Source of the DNA: Octopus sinensis
Lineage: Eukaryota
Length of the DNA stretch: 64,000 bases
Reading direction: 5' to 3'
Assembly (NCBI RefSeq): GCF_006345805.1
Contig: NC_043009.1
Location: forward strand, 52,948,001 to 53,012,000
In this document: positions 54,531 to 64,000 of the stretch, piece by piece
How the letters are laid out: each line of letters opens with the position of its first letter
Numbering within the stretch: position 1 is the first letter of the stretch
The notes under the pieces: generated by a model
Told to the model about the DNA's origin: nothing
Seen by the model: the letters and a program-made list of their open reading frames with translations, nothing else
Databases searched by the model: none
Made by a program: the position numbers and the translations under genes

Positions 54531-54574
<44 letters not shown>

Positions 54575-54623
54575 TATATATATATATATATAATATATAT
54601 ATATATATTTATTATATAGAAGG

Positions 54624-54674
54624 AGCTTCTACAGGACTAGAACTGTTTCATTCAAGAGAAATCTTCAGGAAGCT
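54624..54674 (-). ncRNA. Type I hammerhead ribozyme motif
   Basis: AGCTTC-CTGAAGA-T TTC TCTT GAA T-GAAA-CAG..CTG-TA-GAAGCT. Confidence 0.7.
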
Positions 54675-54877
54675 AGTTAACAAGAATTGTATTGGCATTT
54701 ATACATTTAGGCAGGTTTTATGGGGTGGTGGTGGGGGACTTTTTGGGGGTAGGCATAGCGCAAAAAATCATACTTGGAGGAGTGGTCAAGGAGTCAGTGG
54801 TAAATTAGATATGTGTATATGTGTATGTATGTGTGTGTGTATATATGTATATGTATGTATGTATATGTATGTATGTG

Positions 54878-54929
<52 letters not shown>

Positions 54930-55104
54930 ATGTATATGTGTATGTGTATGTATTTGTATGTGTATGCATGCGCGTATATGTATGTATATGTATACGTGTG
55001 GGTGTGTGTATGTGTGTATATATGTATGTATGTATGGGTGTATGTATGTATGCGGATATGTGTATATATGTATATATATATATGTATATATATGTATATA
55101 TGTG

Positions 55105-55135
<31 letters not shown>

Positions 55136-55685
55136 GTGTGTATGTGTATATGTGTATGTATATGTATATGTGTGTATATATATGTATGTATGTATTTGTA
55201 TGTAGGTGTATATGTATGTGTGTATATATATTTGGTGTATATGTATAGACTAGTCTTCTAAGATTGTAGACATGAATCTGTAGGTACGCGTACGTATGTG
55301 TATATACGTGTATGTATGTAGATGTATGTATGTATGAATATAACGCGTGCGTGCGTGTATGTGTATGAGTGTACGAATGAGAGTGTGTGTGCGTGCTAAT
55401 GAGTGTGCGTGCGTGAGTGAGTGCTTGTGCTCAAGTAGAAAGATAAAAGGGACTAGCCAAGATGTTTGTGACCAGCGGTCAAAGATAACAAAAGTAATAA
55501 ATGAAGATAATCAAATTAAAATTAGGGAATGGGTTTGTAATTGTATGTATATATGTGTGTATGTGTAGGTATGAATAGGTACACATATGTATGTATGTGT
55601 GTGTATATATGTGTATATATGTGTGTGTGTGTGTATGCATACATATATGTGTGTGAATAGGTACACATATGTATGTATATATATA

Positions 55686-55736
<51 letters not shown>

Positions 55737-55941
55737 ATACATACATATATGCGTATATGTATATATGAGTATATAGGGACTTGTGTGTTGTGTGTGCATG
55801 TGTGTATGTGGATATGTGTGTGTATGTGTGTATGTGTATGTGTGTGTATGTATAATTTTTTTGTGTGTATGTGTATGTGTGGTCGTGTGTGTGTATATAT
55901 ACATGTGTGTGTGTATATGTATATGCATGTATACGTGTATG

Positions 55942-55995
<54 letters not shown>

Positions 55996-56320
55996 GATAT
56001 ATGTATGCATATGTGTGTGTGTATATGTATATATATATATATGGGTGTGTGTGTATGTATGTGTGTATGTATATGTGTGTGTGTTGAGAATTTCCTTATT
56101 TACCTAAAACTCTATTCTTCTATATATTTTTGTATTTTATTCTTTTTTTATTCTTTTTTTTTTATTCTTTTATTTATTCTTCTATCTAATTTACCACTGA
56201 CTCCTTGACCACTCCTCCAAGTATGATTTTTTTGCGCTATGCCTACCCCCAAAAAGTCCCCCACCACCACCCCTATAAACCTGCCTAAATGTATAAATGC
56301 CAATACAATTCTTGTTAACT

Positions 56321-56371
56321 AGCTTCCTGAAGATTTCTCTTGAATGAAACAGTTCTAGTCCTGTAGAAGCT
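56321..56371 (+). ncRNA. Type I hammerhead ribozyme motif (GUA cleavage after 56365)
   Basis: Intact CUGAAGA/GAAA core, 6-bp stem I, 3-bp stem II with U.U, 4-bp stem III with CUAG in the loop. Confidence 0.7.
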
Positions 56372-56769
56372 CCTTCTATATAATAAATTAATTTTACTCT
56401 GCTATGTATTGAGTACCTTATTTACTGTGGTTAACCCCGAATCAACCCGGGACCTACATATATATATATATATATATATAATATATATACATATACGTAT
56501 ATATATATATATATATATGTAAGTGTGTGTGGTGTATTTGTGTGTGTGTGTGTGTGTGTGTATCGACTATTTCGTAGGTGTTATGGAATATGTTCTAGTT
56601 CAGATTAGGAAGAATCGCTGTTATAATCGCACAGCCAGAGGAAATCTCAGAGTAGATAGTCAACCAGTGAGATAATTAAAACGTGGCACTCCGTCTGTTA
56701 CGACGTCGAGGTTCCAGTTGATCCGCTCAACAGAACAAACGGTAGTCTGAAGAAGCAAGGTCGGAGAGA

Positions 56770-57600
56770 ATAAGGTGGATGAGGAATTTGTTCCTAAGCA
56801 AACTCTTCGATCTTCTATGATGTGATCTTTGCAGTGTTGGGTCGCGCAATGTCCTGATGAAACATCACTCCTTTTCGATTCACTAAAGCGAGTCTTTTTT
56901 TCTTCAAAGCTTGGTTCAAGCGCTCTAATTGCTGACAGTAGACCTGAGCATTGATTGTTGCATTAGGTGGTAACAATTCAAACTGAATTACTCCTTTGCA
57001 ATCCCACCAGATAGAGAGAAGAACCTTTTCCCCATGAAGTTCCCTTCTCGGTTGTGGTTGAGCTTTTCCCCTTTACCAAGCCACTGTTTACAACGTTTAA
57101 CATTTCGATTGAAGATCCATTTTTCATCACCAGTCACAAGTCTATCCAAAAAGGGTAAAATGAATTCGCGATACTAGGGATTTGCAGTTACTTTCGGACA
57201 GTTCATTAGGCATCCATTTTCCAAGTTTAGGAACCTTTCCAAGTTGTTGAAGATGACGTCGAACAGTTGTATGGCTTGAACAAAGCTTTATTTCCAATTC
57301 TTCAACTGATAATGCAGGATTTTCTTCAAGTAATGCCTCAAGGAGCTTATCATCAAACTCAACTGGACGTTCTGTTCGATCTTCATCTTCGAGGCTGAAA
57401 TCTCCACTTCTGAATTTTGCAAACCATCTTCTGAAAGTTCTTTCATTCAAGCATTCTTTCCCATAAACTGAGTGTATGTTTCGAATCGCTTCGGCTGCAG
57501 AGTTTAATTTTTTGTACTCATAAAGCATTATGTGCCTCAAATGCTCTTTGGATACTTGGATGTTAGAAAGTGTTTTAATCAAAGAAATTTTATTTCTATT
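56770..57600 (-). pseudogene. mariner (DD34D) transposase remnant
   Basis: WFAKFRSGDFSLEDE, GKW-P-EL, TGDEKW, WWD, FHQD-ARP motifs. Confidence 0.92.
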
Positions 57601-57644
57601 ATTCTGTAAAATAATATTTAATCAGTTTAAGTGTACACATAAAG

Positions 57645-57796
57645 CACAGGAGTGGCTGTGTGGCAAGTAGCTTGCTATCAACCACGCTAGCCTGGTTCTG
57701 GTTCATCCCACTGCGTGGCATCTTGGGCAAGTGTCTTCTGCTATAGCCCCGGGCCGACAAATGCCTTGTGAATAGATTTGGTAGACGGAAACCTGT

Positions 57797-57847
<51 letters not shown>

Positions 57848-57861
57848 TAGATATATTGTGT

Positions 57862-57895
<34 letters not shown>

Positions 57896-58095
57896 TGTGT
57901 TGTCCCCCTAGCATTGCTTGACAACCGATGCTGGTGTGTTTACGTCCCCGTCACTTAGCGGTTCGTCAAAGAGACCGATAGAATAAGTACTGGGCTTACA
58001 AAGAATAAGTCCCGTGGTCGATTTGCTTGACTAAAGGCGGTGCTCCAGCATGGTCGCAGTCAAATGAGTGAAACAAGTAAAAGAGAGAGTAAAGA
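57645..58095 (+). mobile_element. SINE family A
   Basis: Match to the other copies. Confidence 0.9.
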
Positions 58096-58832
58096 GTATA
58101 TGCATAAAAATAATTCTAAATTCCATTAGACATTCTAAAATGCTATTAAATTTGATTCAATTTAAAAAAAAAAGGTAAAATCGGATAGAACTTATGAGAC
58201 GACCTGATATTACATAAGATAAATATACAAACTCGGGGTTAAAGGATATCGTCTACGGTCGTTTCAGTGTATAAATGGCGTTTTAAGTATTGAATTTTTA
58301 TCTCAATATTTGTCCCTCTCTATTCGGTATGCGAACCCAACGTACATGATGCATAGTTTTTGCATATAACTTTATATATATATATATATATTATATATAT
58401 ATATATATATAATGACTCTTTTAACTCAAGAGGGGCAAATATACCACCAAACCCCCACCTTGTGATAAAAAATGTTAGCTCTGCTATGCCAGTGAGGAAT
58501 ATATCACCCGTACCATTAGCAGCTGCTCCAAAATGTCTGTGAGATAATGCTTGCTTCTGAGGCACGATATAGTTGCAATGAATATTTATAATGCTATCCA
58601 CAGGAAGAACTGCCATGATGTATACATCAAAGGCATGTCAGAACCAGCTAGAATTCACACTTTTAAAAACAAGGAATACTGGTGGAATGAGCCAATAAAA
58701 ACATGAGTTCCGTGCTGTAAACATGACAAACCTGATATTGTAGCGTGAGACAGGGAACGGAAGTCATGCACTGTTGTAGAAGTCAACAGCCCAGCAGATG
58801 TGAATGTACAATTAAAAGTCCAGGAGAAAGAG

Positions 58833-59105
58833 AACAATTGCAGCGTGGAAGGTGTTTGTAAGCCATTTAAGAAACACACAAAAGCCGTTCGATTCGCTTC
58901 AACATTTAAGTTTAATTTGTCAAAATATTTTCGTCGCTTTAAGACCGCGACCTGTTCACTGACAAAAATCCGTGCTCAGTGAACAGGTCGCGGTCTTAAA
59001 GCGACGAAAATATTTTGACAAATTAAACTTAAATGTTGAAGCGAATCGAACGGCTTTTGTGTGTTTCTTAAATGGCTTACAAACATCTTCTACGCTGCAA
59101 TTGTT
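58833..59105. repeat. Near-perfect hairpin: 130-bp arms, 13-nt loop
   Basis: 58833-58962 vs 58976-59105, 2 mismatches. Confidence 0.95.
58916..58966 (-). ncRNA. Hammerhead-like motif with G3-C8 swapped core (GUGAACA)
   Basis: TTTGTCA/TGACAAA stem I, GTCGC/GCGAC stem II, GAAA, palindromic AATATT stem III. Confidence 0.55.
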
Positions 59106-59506
59106 TTCGTTTCAGCACACGATCTCAGATCAAATCACTCGCTATGCAAGTACATCTCCGTAATTCAGAAAGAGAACATTTATGGGGAACTTGCCGCACT
59201 TATGCCATAACTATGCATCCTCATTTATCCTTATCAACATTAGGTTATTTACCAACAAATTTGCACAAAAATCTAAAAAATACTCGGTTTCACGGAAAAG
59301 GAACAAAAGAAACTGACGCAGATTCTCCAAATCTGATCTATTAATGACACAGTGAAGATCTGTAAGACATTTCAAAAATTTTCTATCTGAGATTCTTAAG
59401 TGAATAGATGCAGACTCTTGGGTGTATGCATCGACACTTAAACCGGCACACCAGCTCAACCATACATTTACAAACATCAGGAACTCTTTTAACTCAAAAA
59501 GTCATG

Positions 59507-59684
59507 CCACTTTGTTAGCGGCCAGCTTGGACTTAAATTAAACTCTAAGAAAAATAAACATGCATACTTACATACATGCACACACGCATACATACATACA
59601 TACATACATACATACATACATACATACATACATACATACATACATACATACATACATACATACATAGACACACACACACATATA

Positions 59685-59720
<36 letters not shown>

Positions 59721-59814
59721 TGTATGTATGTATGCATGTGTGCATGTATGTAGGTATGCATGTATATTTTTCTTAGAGTTTAATTTAAGTCCAAGCTGGC
59801 CGCTAACAAAGTGG
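59507..59814. repeat. Fold-back inverted duplication centred on a (TACA)n/(TATG)n switch
   Basis: ~90-bp arms with 3 mismatches plus mirrored microsatellite. Confidence 0.9.
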
Positions 59815-60150
59815 TACACACACACACACACACATATATATGTATGCATGTATGTATGTATGTATATATGTATGTGGGTGTGTATGTGTGTATAAAAGTA
59901 AACATAATGTGTTTTGTATGTAATATTAGCTGTTTAAAAATCCTTCGGTTAACATGGAGTTTTTAATTATATTTTTAATTAAAAGAGAAAATCCCCCTCG
60001 TAATTGTGTTAGATGAAGAAAATGACAATCAAAACGATCAGTAACTTATATATATCTTGACGGTCAAGCTTTGAACGAGAGCTGTGAGACTGGAAAGCTG
60101 CAAGTTTATATTATTTCACCAAAAATGACCAGAAGAAAACTAAATCTTAC

Positions 60151-60299
60151 CGTCTTCGTATTGACACAGCCTCTCGAAGCCCTCCATCCAACGTGAGATT
60201 TCAAATCCAAGAATACCCATGGTCGTGCTAAATTGTTCACAGTTTTTAAAATGGTGAAAGCAAGAAGTGAGTAACTCTTTGTGTTTTGATTTTCCGATC
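60151..60299 (-). CDS. Paralog 2 exon: IGKSKHKELLTSCFHHFKNCEQF...ERLCQYED
   Basis: ATTTCTTTTTCTAG acceptor, GTAAGA donor, 149 nt (1+49+1); three Cys align with 42164-42309. Confidence 0.88.
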
Positions 60300-60595
60300 C
60301 TAGAAAAAGAAATAAATGTAGAAGAAAAATGTATACACTCATATACATATACACGCATGCATGAATACATTCATACTGCCATACGTATAACGTGTATATA
60401 TATATATATATATTATATAATATATATATATTATATATATATATATAATAAATGGATGAGTGAATTATCCTTTGTTTACAGTTAACACGGAAAATTCAAT
60501 AAATAGTTATCAGGGTAGCAAATTCAACAGCAGTAACAGGATGTAGCGACCTATTCAAAGGTAGAAACTCCGGGTTAATGTGCAGGAATTTGTAT

Positions 60596-60983
60596 AGTAT
60601 AAGTAAATAAATGGAGTTGAACGCAGATATTATTCAAATTCTTTTACTTTCGACATATGTTTCGAAGACAACATTGGTTTTATTTCAAAGGAATAAACGG
60701 TGTAAAATAATGTAATCTTCTCACCAGGAAAGAAAGAGCAACCATCTCAGCAACAAGACATTATAACAATTTTGCTGACTGTATAAATGATAAACAGAAC
60801 GCTATTAAGTATTTTAAAAAGTAACCGTTACTAGGTCTGACGTCAAAGGTAGACCATAGAAAGAGATGAGAAGATTACATTATTTTACACCGTTTATTCT
60901 TTGGAATAAAACCTATGTTGTCTTCGAAACATGTCGAAGTAAAAGAATTTGAATAACATCTGCGGTTCAACTCCATTTATTTA

Positions 60984-60990
<7 letters not shown>
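60596..60990. repeat. ~125-bp inverted pair carrying a degenerate hammerhead (minus strand 60647-60732)
   Basis: 60596-60722 vs 60868-60990; CTTTC-CTGGTGA-GAAGA..TCTTC-GAAAC ATAT GTC-GAAAG. Confidence 0.75.
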
Positions 60991-61042
<52 letters not shown>

Positions 61043-61661
61043 TATTCCATGCTATATAAATTACCATGTCTTTAACTATCCTATGACCAAATTATGAGAA
61101 CAAACAGTTTTAAATTCCTATTTCTTTTATTCCATATTTTTTGACTTTCAAAATTTAATATTTGATAAGATGAACATACACATAAATGTCAGTTAACGTA
61201 GCAAATATAAAAAAAAATTAAAAAACACAACACTTTCGTGCTGTTTTCACTTTTTCTATTTAACAAATAACCTTTAGTTTGTATGGATTCTAATATATCT
61301 AAATGAAAAAAAACAACAAAACAACGAAGTGAGTGCGTGTACAACCAATATATCAATTTGACACTCAGTGAAAGAAGAGTGTTGTTAACATTTCGAGCAC
61401 AGCTCTTCGTCGGAAATATGTGTATGTGTTTTCCATAAAATTAAGGATAAAATCACTTTGATGAATTTATCAAGTGGCTAGCGTGAAATAAATACATTGT
61501 AGGTATCATTTTATACTAATTAATAATTATATAAAATAATTATATTAATGGGTGCGGATAATCCCAACCAACACGCTAGAAATAGATGCCAAATGGCGCT
61601 AAAAGCCACCTCTATACTCCATAAGCGGGAAGATGAAAAAATATATAAGATCTTTTGTTTA

Positions 61662-61718
61662 ATTGTAAATCGATTTCTAGCTTAGCGCTGTAAAACACCT
61701 TGCTGTCATCAGTACAAT
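61662..61718 (-). ncRNA. Minimal type I hammerhead ribozyme motif
   Basis: ATTGTA-CTGATGA-(C)AGC..GCT(A)-GAAA-TCGA-TT-TACAAT; palindromic ATCGAT stem III. Confidence 0.6.
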
Positions 61719-61917
61719 ATGTCGACGTACACAGATACAAATATCCATACGAACAATATATACGCACTACTAACGACTATATACATACATTTACATTTTT
61801 CTTCTCATCTCAACCACGTGCATTTATTGTTAAAATAATTTTCCACTGAATGCAATTTTAATCGGGAGCTAAAAAATATATATTTTATAAAATTAAGGAT
61901 TAAATCAATTATAATAG

Positions 61918-62077
61918 ACGTAGGAGTGGCTGTGTGCTAAGTAGCTTGCTTACGAACCACATGGTTCCGGGTTCAGTCCTACTGCGTGGCACCTTGGGCA
62001 AGTGTCTTCTACTATAGCCTCGGGCCGACCAAAGCCTTGTGAGTGGATTTGTTGACGGAAACGGAAAGAAGCACGTC

Positions 62078-62150
<73 letters not shown>

Positions 62151-62326
62151 TGTCTGTGTGTGTGTTTGTGTGTGTGTGTATTGTATACGTTGTGTGCTTG
62201 TGTTTGTCCCCCAACATCGCTTGACAACTGATGCTGGTGTGCTTACGTCCCGTAACTTAGCGGTTCGGTAAAAGAGACCTATAGAATAAGTACTAGGCTT
62301 AGAAAGAAAAAGTCCTGGGGTCGATT
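61918..62326 (+). mobile_element. SINE family A
   Basis: Match to the other copies. Confidence 0.9.
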
Positions 62327-62367
<41 letters not shown>

Positions 62368-62368
<1 letters not shown>

Positions 62369-62793
62369 TATATTAGAAGGAGCTTCTACAGGACTAGAAC
62401 TGTTTCATTCAAGAGAAATCTTCAGGAAGCTGTTAACAAGAATTGTATTGGCATTTATACATTTAGGCAGGTTTATAGGGGTGGTGGTGGGGACTTTTTT
62501 GGGTAGGCATAGCGCAAAATATCATACTTGGGGAGTGGTCAAGGAGTCGTGGTAAATTAGATAAAAGAATAAATAAAAGAATAAAAAAATATATAAAAGA
62601 ATAGAGTTTTAGGTAAATAAGGAGATTCTCACTTATACCTATACACATATGTATACATATATATACACACACACACACATATACATACACAAATACATAC
62701 ACACACACACATATATATGTATATACACATACATACACATACATATATCTACACACATACATACATATATATATATATCTATATATATATATA

Positions 62794-62835
<42 letters not shown>

Positions 62836-63655
62836 TATACATGCATACACATATACACACACACATGTATATATACACACACGACCACGCATACATATAC
62901 ACACAAAAAAAATATATATACATACACACACATACACATACACGCATACACACACATATCCACATACACACATGCACGCATAACACACAAGTCCCTATAT
63001 ACACACATACACACATATATACATATATATACATATATACATATATACATATGTGTACCTATACATACCTACACATACACACATATACATAAATAACAGA
63101 CCTATTCCCTATTTTAATTTTATTATCTTCATTTATTACTTTTGTTATCTTTGACCTGGTCACAAGCATCTGGCTATGACAGCAAGTCCACTTATCTTTC
63201 TACTTGAAAACAACACTCATTCACGCACGCACACTCATTAGCACGCACACTCACTCTTTCGTACACTCATACACATACACGCACGCACGCGTTTATATTC
63301 ATACATACATCCATCTACATACATTCACGTATATACACATACGTACGCGTACCTACAGATTCATGTCTACATTCTTAGAAGGCTAGTCTATACATATACA
63401 CCAATAAATATATATACACACATACATATACACCTACATACAAATACATACATATATATATATACAATACATATATAACACATTATATATATGTTATATA
63501 CATATACATACATACACATATACACGTACACATACATACATACATACATCCATACATACATATATACACATACACACACCCACACGTATACATATACATA
63601 CATATATATACGCGCATGCATACACATACAAATACATACACATACACATATACAT

Positions 63656-63700
<45 letters not shown>

Positions 63701-63840
63701 CATACATATACAAACATACATATACAAATATACACACACACATACATACACATATACACATACACGCACATACACATGTACATGCGTACCCATACACACA
63801 CACACACGCGCGCATCCATATATACACACAAGTACACACA
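62368..63840 (-). mobile_element. Second copy of the non-coding hammerhead-bearing element
   Basis: Unique islands and microsatellite blocks are collinear (inverted) with 54810-56385. Confidence 0.75.
62381..62431 (-). ncRNA. Type I hammerhead ribozyme motif, identical to 54624-54674
   Basis: Same 51-nt sequence. Confidence 0.7.
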
Positions 63841-64000
63841 TGCGTAAAAGTATACATATATCTATGCTTACACATACACACACACACACGCTCCTCCTTA
63901 TATTCATACTTACATGCATACTCAAAAAATAAATAATAAATATTAAGTATATGTACGTGCAGTTACCTATTATACAGACGGATACATACGTATAAACTTA

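Larger units (their letters stand above)
54607..56385 (+). mobile_element. Non-coding Penelope-like/retrozyme-like element with an inverted 200-bp terminal copy
   Basis: 54607-54809 is the reverse complement of 56183-56385; a second copy lies at 62368-63840. Confidence 0.7.

Overview
AT-rich, microsatellite-dense eukaryotic genomic DNA. The SINE families, Penelope-like repeats and overall composition point to a coleoid cephalopod, most likely Octopus; this is inferred from repeat-family recognition, not a database search. Almost all long ORFs in the track are translations of (TATG)n, (TA)n or (AAT)n repeats. Main content: (1) Two tandem minus-strand paralogs of an uncharacterised Cys-rich protein with a hydrophobic, GPI-signal-like C-terminus. 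Their exons were reconstructed from GT/AG sites with matching phases (copy 1: 47908-38040, 4 exons; copy 2: 60299-49800, 3 exons, 5' part probably beyond the window). (2) A compact 4148-bp gypsy-type LTR retrotransposon (31331-35478) with a 5-bp TSD, 280-bp LTRs, a GGGAAAC slippery site plus pseudoknot, and a non-canonical PBS. (3) A cluster of type I hammerhead-ribozyme motifs in Penelope-like non-coding repeats at 54.6-62.4 kb. Six are sense to the host pre-mRNA and one is a G3-C8 covariant. (4) Many LINE (CR1/L2, RTE, R4/Dong, Tx1), Penelope, Tc1/mariner/maT, Merlin-like MITE, Helitron-like and SINE remnants, plus several long inverted repeats. No rRNA, bona fide tRNA gene or CRISPR array is supported.
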